64,000 bases of DNA. Source: Candidatus Zhuqueibacterota bacterium. GTDB lineage: Bacteria > Zhuqueibacterota > Zhuqueibacteria > Oleimicrobiales > Geothermoviventaceae. The stretch's first letter is position 1. Each line of letters opens with the position of its first letter. Below are positions 9,260 through 19,220 of the stretch, one piece after another. The DNA is taken from NCBI GenBank assembly GCA_034506315.1, contig JAPDPT010000005.1:36653-100652 (forward strand), given 5' to 3'. The translations under genes and the position numbers were made by a program. Under the pieces are notes generated by a model that did no database searches, was not told where the DNA came from, and saw only the letters and a program-made list of their open reading frames with translations.

Positions 9260-10612
9260 TCAAAGCCCGTATTCCTCGGGCAAGAAAAGATGGCGGTAGG
9301 CCTCAAAGCCCAGCCGGACCGCCTTCTCCTCCGTGTCGCAGGCCGCCAGCGCCTCCTCGATGCGATCCAGCCAGTCCCACTCTCGATCCCCGAGGGGTAG
9401 ACTTCCCTGTTCTTTCGCCTCCCGCAGAATCCGGCAAGCTTCCAGTCCGGCCGCACGGGTCCGGGCGAAGTCGTCGTTTTCGGCTGCCATGGCTCGCGCA
9501 ATCCGAAAGGCACCCTGGGGCGAGATGATCCACGCCTGCGGAGAGCCGACGAGGTCACTCTCCACCAGCCACTGGATGAGGGAGGCCTCCTGTCCGTCCT
9601 GAAGGGCCCGATTGAAGAGCCGGCAATCGTAGACCAGCATCTCCAGAAAGGCCACAGGCGCCGGCCCCGAAAGAAGCTGCACATTCTGCACGGACTCGTT
9701 GCTCCACAGATCACACACCGCGGCGGCCACGTTGCCGACGTGGCTCAGGTGTGCGCAGGCGGCCGTCTTCCCCTCCATTGAGATGGGGATACCCAGAAGG
9801 GCCTTGAGGATGGGCCCCTCGTAGGCGCAATCCTTGCTCGGCCCCACGGCTCCCTCGAGATAGGCGACCAGGCTCCGGGCCGCTCCCATCGCCCGATCGA
9901 CGGCCGCCAGCGTCTGCGGCAAGTATCCTCGATCCGCAAGGACCATGGCGGTGTTGGCGAAGCCGCAGGCCGTGTCGCCGGCCGGCACACTGCCGGATGC
10001 GCGTGCCACGTCCACAATAAAGCGCCACAGGTGGTGCATATCGCGACACCCGAGGACCCCAAGGGAGAACAGGATCCCCTCGACGTTTCCCTCCATCAGG
10101 GCGACGTCATGCACCTCCTTGCCACCGGTGCTTTCGATGGAGAGCATGGCCGCACCCGCTCGTGCATTCCGATCGAAGGCCCGGCGCATCAGATCCCAGT
10201 TGGTACCAGTCCTCATCCGGGGAGGCCTATCCATATCGCGGAGGTCAGACACGGTCACGCGCAATGCCGCCGGGATGCCCGTGCGCGCTGAGAAGTCCGC
10301 GATGCGTTGCGCGGTCTGCCTTGTGATCTGCACGCCGATGTCCACCTCCTGGGTCAGTGCTGGCAGGTGCTCGAACTCGAGGACCAGAGCCGGAGGCTTG
10401 AGGGCGGCCGCGCGGTCCAGCAGACTCTGCACGATCTCGTCGAATTGCCTCTCTACCTGCTGGCGAGACTCGCGCGAGATCAACATCGGGGGCAGCGTGT
10501 AGTTGATCTCGGGGATGACCAGCCCCTGGCCCATGCTGACCCCTCCAGCTTGCACCGGCCTCCGGGCTTTCCCCATCCGCATCTCCGTCCAATCCCGGTA
10601 CGCAAGTTCCAT
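9260..10612 (-). CDS. MtaB-like protein (methanol:corrinoid methyltransferase B-subunit family), orphan
   Basis: 451 aa. The N-terminal block EMRMGKARRPVQAGGVSMGQGLVIPEINYTLPP resembles, from memory, the MtaB N-terminal signature (...EMTFG...PV.AG....G.G..IPEINY). Several conserved Cys/His/Glu are candidate Zn ligands. ATG at 10610-10612 with a strong AGGAGAGG RBS. No MtaC/MtaA partner genes are nearby. Confidence 0.4.
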   Translation of the reverse strand: MELAYRDWTEMRMGKARRPVQAGGVSMGQGLVIPEINYTLPPMLISRESRQQVERQFDEIVQSLLDRAAALKPPALVLEFEHLPALTQEVDIGVQITRQTAQRIADFSARTGIPAALRVTVSDLRDMDRPPRMRTGTNWDLMRRAFDRNARAGAAMLSIESTGGKEVHDVALMEGNVEGILFSLGVLGCRDMHHLWRFIVDVARASGSVPAGDTACGFANTAMVLADRGYLPQTLAAVDRAMGAARSLVAYLEGAVGPSKDCAYEGPILKALLGIPISMEGKTAACAHLSHVGNVAAAVCDLWSNESVQNVQLLSGPAPVAFLEMLVYDCRLFNRALQDGQEASLIQWLVESDLVGSPQAWIISPQGAFRIARAMAAENDDFARTRAAGLEACRILREAKEQGSLPLGDREWDWLDRIEEALAACDTEEKAVRLGFEAYRHLFLPEEYGL

Positions 10613-10694
10613 ATCCCTCTCCTTCCGTGCGGATCTGACGGCACCCCGTCCCGAACTTGGCGACAATTCCCAGGCGGCAAGCAGGCCCTTTCGT

Positions 10695-12644
10695 TCACCG
10701 GAGCAGCAGAATCTTGCGATAACGAACGTCCGATCCCGCCTGCAGGCGGCAGACGTAGGTACCCGTGGCGAGCTCCCGCGCGTCGAGACGAACCGAGTGG
10801 CGCCCGGCCGAGAATCGTCCCTCACAGACTCTGGCCACGACCCTGCCGCGACTGTCGAACACTTCGATCCGAACCAGTTCGTCCCTTGGGAGCTCGAATT
10901 CAAGAAGAGTCCAATCGTTGAACGGATTCGGCCAGTTGGGACCAAGTTCCACCCTTGCCGGGACGTCGGCGGCCAGCTCCTCGACACCGGTGAACAGGGG
11001 CTTCTCCATCAGGATCCAGCCCTCCGGGTCGATCTGCACCTCGTCTCCCGCGTTCACCCGGAGGGTGGCCGAGCCGGGGCTCATGTCCACGCGAATGATC
11101 CTCCTCCCGGCCTGCACTTCCACCGGCATGGGGAAAGGCAGGTCGTTCGGCACCTGCCAGCGGAGACGTATCGAAACAGCGGATCGCTCGACAACGAGCT
11201 GGGGAAGACGAGGCTGACGAAGATAGACCTCGAAAAACCAATCCAGATCTTCGCCAGCGATCGACTCGGCCAATTGAACGATGTCCTCGGTGGTGGCGAA
11301 GCGGCACTGCGCTCCGTCGGTCACCTTCTCCAGACTAGAGTCTGGGTAGACGACCCGCCGCAAGAAGGTGCGGAACTCTCCGTCCCCAAGCAAGAAGCGT
11401 AACGTGTGCAGGACCCAGGCCCCCTTGTAGTAGATGTCCAGGCTGTACATTTCGCGGGTAGATTTCGATTCGCGAGGGGCCAAAGGGACATGGTTCTGGA
11501 TTGAGCCCCGAAAGCCGGCCAGGTAATTCTTGTAGGCCTGGCGCCCACCGAGGGACTCCGCGTAGAGAGCCTCCAGGTACGTGGCAAAACTCTCGTGAAT
11601 CCAGAAATCCTTCCAGTCGGCAGCCGTCACGCAGTTGCCGTACCATTCATGGGCCAGTTCGTGGAAATGTAGCTCGTCGAATCCGTACGAATTCGTCCGG
11701 AAGCGGTTCCCGTAGGCGATGATCGTCTGGTGCTCCATGCCCAGGTAAGGCGCTTCGGCAACGCCGTACTTGTCGCGGCGGAAGGGATAGGGGCCGGCCA
11801 CTGACTCCAGGAAGCGCAGATCCTGATGGATTCGGCTCAGGAACGTCTGGCCCTGCGCCACGTGCTCCGGTAACACCCAGAAAAACGTGGGGATGGTATC
11901 CCCCGCCAGGCTGACGTAGGGAGCCTCAAGCTGGACGTACGGCGCAGCGTAGAAGCTTATCCCGTAGTTATTGATCGGGGTCGAAACGAACCAGTGGTAG
12001 GTTCGTGTGTGGTCCGCATTCTCGGTGGTGCCCAGGAAACGGCCGTTGGCCACACAGACCAGATCGGCGGGCACAGTGAAATGCAGCGCTACCGAATCGG
12101 GCTCATCCGAGGGATGGTCCTTGCACGGCCACCAGACGTCAGCCCCCTCGAGCTGGCAAGCCACTCCGATCCAAGGGGCTCCGGACGGCGTACGGGACCA
12201 TACAAGCCCGCCGTCCCATGGAGGATTCGGGGCAACCCTCGGGCGGCCCCCGTAGAACACCCTTGTCCTGACCGAGGCCCCCGACCTACCTTGCCCCATC
12301 AGAGAAACGCTGAGGTAGGGCCCTCGCTGCCGGAAACCGGATCGCTCGAATCCCCCGGCCTCGCTGGCAACCCACACGGAATCCACCTTCAGCAGCGGAT
12401 CCAGGTTCAGCAGGAGGGAGTCGCATGGGGTGATCAGGACAGCCTCCACCGTGACGGAGCCACGCAGTGTCCGCTGCACCGGATCGATCCGGAGGTCCAG
12501 GTCGTAGAAACGTACGTCGTAGGTAGCCTGCTCGGGGAGAAGCGGCCCACCGCTGTCGTACGGCTGCAGGACCAGGCCCGCAGCCATCAGACATGGCGCT
12601 CCCACCCCCACCACCAGGCTGCGCCACACCGCGCGCCGACTCAT
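10695..12644 (-). CDS. Secreted M1-family zinc aminopeptidase with T9SS C-terminal sorting domain
   Basis: HELAHEWYGNCVTAADWKDFWIHESFATY is the gluzincin HExxH-x18-E motif of M1 peptidases. Signal peptide MSRRAVWRSLVVGVGAPCLMAAG (ATG at 12642-12644). The C-terminus ...GTYVCRLQAGSDVRYRKILLLR is a T9SS CTD. Confidence 0.8.
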   Translation of the reverse strand: MSRRAVWRSLVVGVGAPCLMAAGLVLQPYDSGGPLLPEQATYDVRFYDLDLRIDPVQRTLRGSVTVEAVLITPCDSLLLNLDPLLKVDSVWVASEAGGFERSGFRQRGPYLSVSLMGQGRSGASVRTRVFYGGRPRVAPNPPWDGGLVWSRTPSGAPWIGVACQLEGADVWWPCKDHPSDEPDSVALHFTVPADLVCVANGRFLGTTENADHTRTYHWFVSTPINNYGISFYAAPYVQLEAPYVSLAGDTIPTFFWVLPEHVAQGQTFLSRIHQDLRFLESVAGPYPFRRDKYGVAEAPYLGMEHQTIIAYGNRFRTNSYGFDELHFHELAHEWYGNCVTAADWKDFWIHESFATYLEALYAESLGGRQAYKNYLAGFRGSIQNHVPLAPRESKSTREMYSLDIYYKGAWVLHTLRFLLGDGEFRTFLRRVVYPDSSLEKVTDGAQCRFATTEDIVQLAESIAGEDLDWFFEVYLRQPRLPQLVVERSAVSIRLRWQVPNDLPFPMPVEVQAGRRIIRVDMSPGSATLRVNAGDEVQIDPEGWILMEKPLFTGVEELAADVPARVELGPNWPNPFNDWTLLEFELPRDELVRIEVFDSRGRVVARVCEGRFSAGRHSVRLDARELATGTYVCRLQAGSDVRYRKILLLR

Positions 12645-12935
12645 GTCTTGCCTTCCTTTTTTCCTGCCCCGGCGATGGCCCAAACCCGACGCAATCTACA
12701 CCATTCTTCCCTCTTTACCAAGCCGTTGTGGTTCGTGAGACGTCCGCCTGGGCACCCGGAACGTTCGGGCAAATCTGCGATCGGGAATCGGCGCGTCCTA
12801 TTTGCATTTCCGCCGCGTGGGCGCTACCTTTGGATCCGTTAGCCCGATGGGCTCCCTGCCCCTTGGGGTAGGGCCCAGAGCTCGGGGGCTCAAAGCGCAC
12901 GGCTCTCCGCTATCATTGGACGCAAGGACGGACGA

Positions 12936-13979
12936 ATGGACCTACCTGAGACGATTGCAAGCGTAGAACAGCTGGAGGAGTTCCTGTCTCGGCCCTCCGA
13001 GCGCCTGATCGCGAGCGTCCGCAGACTGGACGACGGCGATCTGCTGCTCTTGGGGGCTGGCGGGAAAATGGGCCCTACCCTGGCGCGGATGGCGCTGCGG
13101 GCCTTCCGCGAATCCGGAGATTCGAGGCGCGTGTACGCAGCCTCCCGTTTTTCCGCGCCGGAGGTCGAAGCCAGACTACGCGAGTGGGGCATCTGTACTC
13201 TGCGGGGGGATCTCTTGGACCGCGAGTTCGTGCGCCGGCTCCCGGATGCACGCTACGTCGTCTTCATGGCCGGGCGCAAGTTTGGAACAGCCGGCGATCG
13301 TTCCCTGACGTGGGCCCTGAACGCTCTGCTGCCCGGCCTGATCGGCGAAAGGTTCCGCCAGGCCAGAATCATCTGCTTCTCCACCGGAAATGTCTATCCG
13401 CTCGTCCCTTTGACATCGGGCGGTGCCACTGAGGACACACCCACAGCCCCGGTCGGGGAATACGCACAATCCGCCCTCGCGCGCGAGCGGATCTTTGAAT
13501 ACTTCTCCCGGCGCCACGGGGTGCCGGTCTCGATCATTCGCCTTAACTACGCGGTCGAAATGCGCTACGGCGTCGTTCTGGACATCGCCACGAGGGTCTG
13601 GCAACGCCAGCCTGTGTCCCTGGCCATGCCAGCGGTGAACGTGATCTGGCAGGGCGACGCCTGCGAGTACACCCTACGCTCCTTCGAGATCTGCGCGTCC
13701 CCGCCCGCGGTCCTCAATGTGACCGGGCCCGAACTGGTGTCCGTTCGCTGGCTCGCCCGCGAGCTGCACCGACGGCTGCACGAGGAAGGCGAACCGGAGT
13801 TCATCGGTTCGGAGCCCGAGAGCGCCCTTCTCAGCAACGCCGCGCGCTGCTTCGAGCTGTTCGGCTACCCAAATGTGCCGCTCGGAAAAATCCTACAGTG
13901 GACGTGCGAGTGGGTGCGCGCCGGGCTTCCCACACACGACAAGCCTACCCACTTCGACGTTCGGGACGGAGAGTTTTAG
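12936..13979 (+). CDS. NAD(P)-binding Rossmann-fold protein, epimerase/dehydratase-like (atypical extended SDR)
   Basis: LLLGAGGKMGPTLARMAL is a GxGGxxG dinucleotide-binding motif and the ~347-aa size fits. The ATG at 12936 is preceded by AAGGACGGA. One of only two convincingly plus-strand genes in the window. Confidence 0.5.
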   Translation: MDLPETIASVEQLEEFLSRPSERLIASVRRLDDGDLLLLGAGGKMGPTLARMALRAFRESGDSRRVYAASRFSAPEVEARLREWGICTLRGDLLDREFVRRLPDARYVVFMAGRKFGTAGDRSLTWALNALLPGLIGERFRQARIICFSTGNVYPLVPLTSGGATEDTPTAPVGEYAQSALARERIFEYFSRRHGVPVSIIRLNYAVEMRYGVVLDIATRVWQRQPVSLAMPAVNVIWQGDACEYTLRSFEICASPPAVLNVTGPELVSVRWLARELHRRLHEEGEPEFIGSEPESALLSNAARCFELFGYPNVPLGKILQWTCEWVRAGLPTHDKPTHFDVRDGEF

Positions 13980-14003
13980 GCTTTCGGCAATCGGAGGGTC
14001 ACC

Positions 14004-15080
14004 ATGGCGATGCCCCTGCCCCCAGAAGACATCCTCCAGGCTCTGCGAAAAGGGACGGTCATCCCAGCCCATCCGCTGGCCCTGAACGCGAAAAGACAAT
14101 GGGACCCGCGTCGCCAGCGCGCCCTCACCCGATACTACCTCGAGGCGGGGGCCGGTGGCATCGCCATTGGCGTGCACACCACCCAGTTCGCGATCCGTGA
14201 TCCGAAGATCGGCCTGTACCAGCCTCTGCTGGAGTTCACGGCGCAGATCATCGATGATTTTGAGCGGCGCACAGGGAAGAGAATCATCCGCATCGCCGGG
14301 ATCGCCGGGAAGACGGAGCAGGCCGTTCGGGAAGGCTCCCTGGCGGCCCGTCTCGGCTACCACGCAGGGCTCCTGAGTCTGGCTGCCTTGCCGCAGGCGT
14401 CCATCGATGAGCTGATTGACCACTGCCGCCGCGTGGCCGAGGTCATCCCGCTGATGGGGTTTTACCTCCAGGAAGCGGTGGGAGGCCGTCCCCTGCCTTA
14501 CCCATTTTGGAGGCGGCTCTGCGAAATCGACAATCTGGTGGCCATCAAAGTGGCGGCCTTCAACCGCTACCACACGCTGGATGTACTTCGCGCCGTGGCC
14601 GACTCCGGTCGCGCCGCTGAGATCGCCCTCTACACGGGCAACGATGACCACATCGTGTTGGATCTTCTCACCCCCTTCCGTTTCGAGACGCAATCGGGCA
14701 GCGTGGAGGTGCGCTTCGTGGGGGGACTTCTGGGACAGTGGGCCGTCTGGACGAAAAGAGCGGTGGAGCTCCTGGAGGAAATTCACGCCGTCGTGCAGGC
14801 TGGGGAAGCAATCCCGGTCCGCCTGCTTGTCCTCGCTCATCAGCTTACCGATGCCAACGCCGCGATTTTCGACGCCGCCAATGGCTTTCGCGGGGTGATC
14901 GCGGGCGTGCACGAGGTTCTCCGTCGCCAGGGCCTCCTGGAAGGAAGGTGGCTCCTCGATCCGGACGAAGACCTTGGGCCCGGTCAAATGGCCGAAATCG
15001 ACCGCGTTTACCAGGCCTATCCTCACCTGAACGACGACGACTTTGTCCGGGAGCACCTCGACCGCTGGCTCGCTGATTAG
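14004..15080 (+). CDS. DHDPS-like TIM-barrel protein (DUF993-type)
   Basis: 358 aa with no signal peptide. Composition and motifs suggest the dihydrodipicolinate-synthase-like aldolase clan. ATG at 14004 after GGAGGG. Forms a close pair with the upstream epimerase-like gene. Confidence 0.4.
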   Translation: MAMPLPPEDILQALRKGTVIPAHPLALNAKRQWDPRRQRALTRYYLEAGAGGIAIGVHTTQFAIRDPKIGLYQPLLEFTAQIIDDFERRTGKRIIRIAGIAGKTEQAVREGSLAARLGYHAGLLSLAALPQASIDELIDHCRRVAEVIPLMGFYLQEAVGGRPLPYPFWRRLCEIDNLVAIKVAAFNRYHTLDVLRAVADSGRAAEIALYTGNDDHIVLDLLTPFRFETQSGSVEVRFVGGLLGQWAVWTKRAVELLEEIHAVVQAGEAIPVRLLVLAHQLTDANAAIFDAANGFRGVIAGVHEVLRRQGLLEGRWLLDPDEDLGPGQMAEIDRVYQAYPHLNDDDFVREHLDRWLAD

Positions 15081-15198
15081 GGGAGTAGCCGAGGCGGCCC
15101 TAACTTCTGCGCAAGTGCCCTCTGGCCCCTCGCCCGGCCGCGACGAAGTCAGCGAGCCCTTGCTGCCCCAATCGCAGGACGGGATTCTGACGCTCCGG

Positions 15199-16344
15199 CT
15201 ATTCCTCTACCTTCACCTTCAAGCGAACGGTCGTCCGTAGACCCTGTCCCGGTGCGACGAGGACGTTCTTCACCACGTAGGGCAGCTCCACCTCCTTCCT
15301 CCCCGTCCAGTTCGCTCCTGCCTTCCGGAGAGGGAGGAGGACGGTGCGACCGGCCCACAAGTCGACGCTATCGGGGAAGGAAACTCCTTCAACCGTGCCC
15401 GCGGCGGCGAGGTGGAAGTCGACGTCGGACGAGTTGTAGACTTGTGCGTAGGAAGCACCCTTCGGTTTCAGCGGTACCTCGGGCGTTTTCAGTTCAATCG
15501 AACGCTCGAACAGGGGCCGCACGAATTCCTCCTTCCCGATGAGCAAGCCGTTGAAGAGCACCGCGGTACGTCCGGCGAAAAGCGCCTCGCGAATGGCCTC
15601 GGCGCTCCGCTTCTTGGCAAAGACCAGCGTGATGGGACGACGCTGCCCTCCGGCCGGGTCGTATTCCATGGCCACAGGGGCGTGGATATCGGAGTTGCCC
15701 ACTACCGTGAGTTTCTTCTCCAGGCACCAGCCGAATACCTCCGGGTAGTACGTATCGCTATTCACAACCTCCAGACCCTTCAGGAGGCCGAGACGGAAGA
15801 GGGTGTCCTGCTGGGCGTACCAGACCGAGCGGTTGCCTGGCTGTTTCCATCCCGGATGGTTCCAGAACACAAAGGCTCCTTGGCGGTTGGCTTCGCGCAC
15901 AGCGTCCTTGTAGTCGGGGCAGTTCAGGGCGCCAATGTCCTCTACAAAGATGGCATTGAAATGGCCGGGGGGTTCACCTTTGGTGATCTCCGCTCCGCGG
16001 ATCAAGATGATGTCGAGCTCCTGAGCCCTCCCCAGGGCCAGCTCGTAGGGGCGCCCGAAATTGGTGGGCACGTCTTTGGCGTGAGGCTGATACTCAATGT
16101 GATCTGTGATGGCGATGGCATCGAGTCCCTCGCGCCACGCCTCTTCGATCCGAACCGGAGGCCAGACCTCACCGTCGGAGAACACGGTGTGGACGTGAAA
16201 ATCGCACTTGAGGGTCAGGTACCCGGGCGGATCCGGAAGTCGGATCTCCCTCCGCGCGTTCCACTGACCCGACGCAGGCGTTCCGACCAAGGTCCCCAGG
16301 ACGACAACCGCGATCACGGTGTTCAGGGGAGCTCGCCACTTCAT
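15199..16344 (-). CDS. Secreted PHP-domain metal-dependent phosphoesterase
   Basis: CDFHVHTVFSDGEVWP is the PHP (polymerase/histidinol-phosphatase) HxH...D motif, followed by AITDHIEY. Signal peptide MKWRAPLNTVIAVVVLGTLVGTPASG from the ATG at 16342-16344, with a GGAGGTG RBS. Confidence 0.7.
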   Translation of the reverse strand: MKWRAPLNTVIAVVVLGTLVGTPASGQWNARREIRLPDPPGYLTLKCDFHVHTVFSDGEVWPPVRIEEAWREGLDAIAITDHIEYQPHAKDVPTNFGRPYELALGRAQELDIILIRGAEITKGEPPGHFNAIFVEDIGALNCPDYKDAVREANRQGAFVFWNHPGWKQPGNRSVWYAQQDTLFRLGLLKGLEVVNSDTYYPEVFGWCLEKKLTVVGNSDIHAPVAMEYDPAGGQRRPITLVFAKKRSAEAIREALFAGRTAVLFNGLLIGKEEFVRPLFERSIELKTPEVPLKPKGASYAQVYNSSDVDFHLAAAGTVEGVSFPDSVDLWAGRTVLLPLRKAGANWTGRKEVELPYVVKNVLVAPGQGLRTTVRLKVKVEE

Positions 16345-16413
16345 GTCCCACCTCCACGGTTTTGGTTCGAACAGGGAGCGGACCGAGCACATCGGACGCC
16401 TTTTCTCCGGGCC

Positions 16414-19200
16414 TCAACCCGATCGCTCCAGCCGCAGACGGCGAAGCGGGATCAGCCGTACGGGACCGAGGAGACCCGAGTCCACAGGCTCCCAGTCGCT
16501 CGCGTCGAAGGGGCGGTACCGGAGGTTCACGAAGTTGATGTCGTAAAAGATCTTCCAGGGAATTCCCCGCCGATCGACATCGCGGATGCGGTTGGCCGCG
16601 AGGTTGGTAACCTCCAGCTCCAGCGAATTCCAGCCCCGCTTGTACCCGTCCGTAAGGACCACTACGAAGGGCAGCGCCCACGCCACGCCGATGTCTATTC
16701 CGTTCAACCGCACACGCGCGCTCTCCCGCACGTCTCCGAGGTCGAGAAGCCAAGCGTCGGCAGCGGCACCCGGCCAGCGGAAGGTCGTAGCGTAAAGGGC
16801 CGTCCCGGCAAACCGCTCCGCTTCGGGATCGCCCAGGCGAGTCCACGACCCCAATCTCTCTGTCTCAAATCCAGCAGGGAGAGTCGGCCCCCCTTCGACG
16901 AAGGTCACCCGCCAGGGCCCGGGTACTTCGAACGTGTCCGGTTGCGCCTTCCAGTAGTCCCAGTACGGGCCCTCCGGCCGGGCTGTCTGAAACGTTCGCA
17001 GGATGGCCGATTGTCCCGGCCGAAGCTGGACGTAGACCTCCGGGCAGGGTCCCGCACCTCGAACGGCAGCTTTGCCCCATTTCCCCGTGAGCGGATCAAG
17101 GAAATAGGCGTGCCGGAAAGGCCTCGCGAGCTTTACCCATCGGTCCACCTCCCTGTCGCCAAGATTGGCCAGGAAATAGAAATGCCCGTCCGGAACTCTA
17201 CGACGGATCACGCCCACTCCGAGCTGGATCAGCTCCTCAGCCTGGACTCCGGCTGCCCCGAGAAGTGTGGCCCCCTGTTCCCCAACAACGAGCTTACCCT
17301 TGCCGAGGCGAGCAACCGCAAGGTCCCCTTCTCTGCGAAACGCCAATCGGCCCTGAGCCTGGCGCAGAGCAAGCCGCCTCCGCTCCAGGTTGGCCAGCCC
17401 CGGTACGTCCTGAGGCAGATGGCGATGGAAGAGCACGCAGGCACCTTGGCGGGCCAGGGCCTCCAGTCTGCGCCACGTCTCCAGGGGTAACAGGCGGCAC
17501 TCCGGGACAACAAGAGCTTCGTAGCTCGTCCCGCCCAGCAGGATCCTTCCGGACTCGACCGAGGCGGCGCCCAACAGGCCATCGGAAACGAAGTCGAAGG
17601 TGTATCCCAGGCTCAGGAGCTCCTTGGCCAGAGCCCCGTAGGGCAGGCTATCGACCCAGGCCGTGAAGTGGACCGTGAGCTGCCGCTGGTACCCTGTGGT
17701 GTCGTGCCAGATGTCGTGCACGGGCCAGTAGAAGAGGACGTCATTGTCTGGAAGGCCCGCTTGCAGGACTGCCTGACACCTCTGGACATACGCGTTCAGG
17801 GCCGGCAAATCTCGCCAGATGGGGTTCGTGGGCTGGAAATGGACCGAGGCGTAAAAAAGCCAGCCAGGCCATGGTGCCTCGGCGGGGGAGTAAGCCGTTC
17901 CGTGGTACTGAACGTGGTTGATCCCCGCCAGGAACAGCTGGTCGATCTCGGGCTTGATCATCGAAAGAGCTGTCCGGAAGTGCTCGCGGAGCCAGGTGCA
18001 GGTCTCGGCCGCTACCAGGCGCCGACCGCTCACGTGGGCGGCGGAGGAGGCGAACCGGAGGATGAGAGGGTTGGGCACCTCCTCTCGCACATCTCCGGGG
18101 AGGCGGCGCAGACCCGGAATCGGGAAGGGTGTAGATCCGAAGGTCTCGGTCTCCGGAATGTCGGCGGCAGCGTAAAGGTCCAGCAGGTTGGCCGGGGCGC
18201 CGTGAGCCTCGTTTCGTGTCCGACTCCCGTGGGCGCGCGCCCACTCCACCCATGTCCGAAGGTAATCGAGGTGAAGCTCGGAGAGGGTAGCTCGGTAATC
18301 CGCCTTGACGCGCGCCACCGTATCCGGCGCCCCCAAGCCGGCGAAGGCCGGGAGGTGATCCTCCAAGCGATAGCCCCGCCGGACCTCGAATTCGCGCAGG
18401 AGATCGTCCGTCCAGTTGGCGCCGTAATATTCGTAGGAGTCGTGGTAGTGGCATCGGGGCCAAGGTGAGCCGTGGACAGCGAAGGCGGTGTCGAAGCGCT
18501 GAAGGTAGTAGCGCATTGCCCGCGGCGAGAAGGGATCGAGCACCCAACCCTCGTTTCCTGGCGCTGCGCGCTTGACGCGCTGGCCCGTTCCCTTCTGCAG
18601 AAGGACCACGATCTGCCACGTGCCGGAGGGCGGGCACCACTTCAGCCGTGCACTCTGGGCAAGCTGGGCAAGCAGGCTCTGCCGCGAGCCGTCCGGCCCG
18701 TAGGCCTCAGCGGCGCGCACCGAGGTCGGATCTACTTCGAGCTCCGCGGGATGGTCAAGTGCGGCAGTCATCCGCACAAGCTGAAAACCCTTGGCCGCGA
18801 ACTCCGGCCGAACATGGGAACCACCGAAAGGCCAGCCTGTGCCCGTGCTCATGTCCAGCCACATGCCCAGGCTCTCCGCAACGGCGACCGCGTAGGAGAA
18901 CAGGGCCATCCACCGCGGGCCCAGGAAGTCCACGAACTGTGCCTCGTACCCGCGCACGCCGTAGATGGGGATCACCAGAACTCCGCCGATCCCCGCCTGG
19001 TGTAGTTGCAGGAGGTTGTGGCGCAAATGGGTAGAATCGACCGCGCTGCCCATCCACCACCAGTACGTGCCCGGCCTCGACTCTCGGGCCATCTCGGGCC
19101 AGATCTGCGCCGACGAGGGGGAAAAGGGTCCCACCGTGGCGATCGCGAAAATTGCCCCCATGAGCAATCCCAGGGCACCACACTTGCCCCTGCCGAGCAT
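16414..19200 (-). CDS. Large secreted glycoside-hydrolase-like protein, family uncertain (GH2-sugar-binding / GH106-like architecture)
   Basis: About 930 aa with signal peptide MLGRGKCGALGLLMGAIFAIATVGPFSPSSAQ. The C-terminal end ...NLRYRPFDASDWEPVDSGLLGPVRLIPL is a beta-sandwich-like terminal strand common in GH2/GH106-type enzymes. No T9SS CTD. Family assignment is a guess. Confidence 0.45.
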   Translation of the reverse strand: MLGRGKCGALGLLMGAIFAIATVGPFSPSSAQIWPEMARESRPGTYWWWMGSAVDSTHLRHNLLQLHQAGIGGVLVIPIYGVRGYEAQFVDFLGPRWMALFSYAVAVAESLGMWLDMSTGTGWPFGGSHVRPEFAAKGFQLVRMTAALDHPAELEVDPTSVRAAEAYGPDGSRQSLLAQLAQSARLKWCPPSGTWQIVVLLQKGTGQRVKRAAPGNEGWVLDPFSPRAMRYYLQRFDTAFAVHGSPWPRCHYHDSYEYYGANWTDDLLREFEVRRGYRLEDHLPAFAGLGAPDTVARVKADYRATLSELHLDYLRTWVEWARAHGSRTRNEAHGAPANLLDLYAAADIPETETFGSTPFPIPGLRRLPGDVREEVPNPLILRFASSAAHVSGRRLVAAETCTWLREHFRTALSMIKPEIDQLFLAGINHVQYHGTAYSPAEAPWPGWLFYASVHFQPTNPIWRDLPALNAYVQRCQAVLQAGLPDNDVLFYWPVHDIWHDTTGYQRQLTVHFTAWVDSLPYGALAKELLSLGYTFDFVSDGLLGAASVESGRILLGGTSYEALVVPECRLLPLETWRRLEALARQGACVLFHRHLPQDVPGLANLERRRLALRQAQGRLAFRREGDLAVARLGKGKLVVGEQGATLLGAAGVQAEELIQLGVGVIRRRVPDGHFYFLANLGDREVDRWVKLARPFRHAYFLDPLTGKWGKAAVRGAGPCPEVYVQLRPGQSAILRTFQTARPEGPYWDYWKAQPDTFEVPGPWRVTFVEGGPTLPAGFETERLGSWTRLGDPEAERFAGTALYATTFRWPGAAADAWLLDLGDVRESARVRLNGIDIGVAWALPFVVVLTDGYKRGWNSLELEVTNLAANRIRDVDRRGIPWKIFYDINFVNLRYRPFDASDWEPVDSGLLGPVRLIPLRRLRLERSG

Positions 19201-19220
19201 TTCCGACCCCGAGTTCCACC

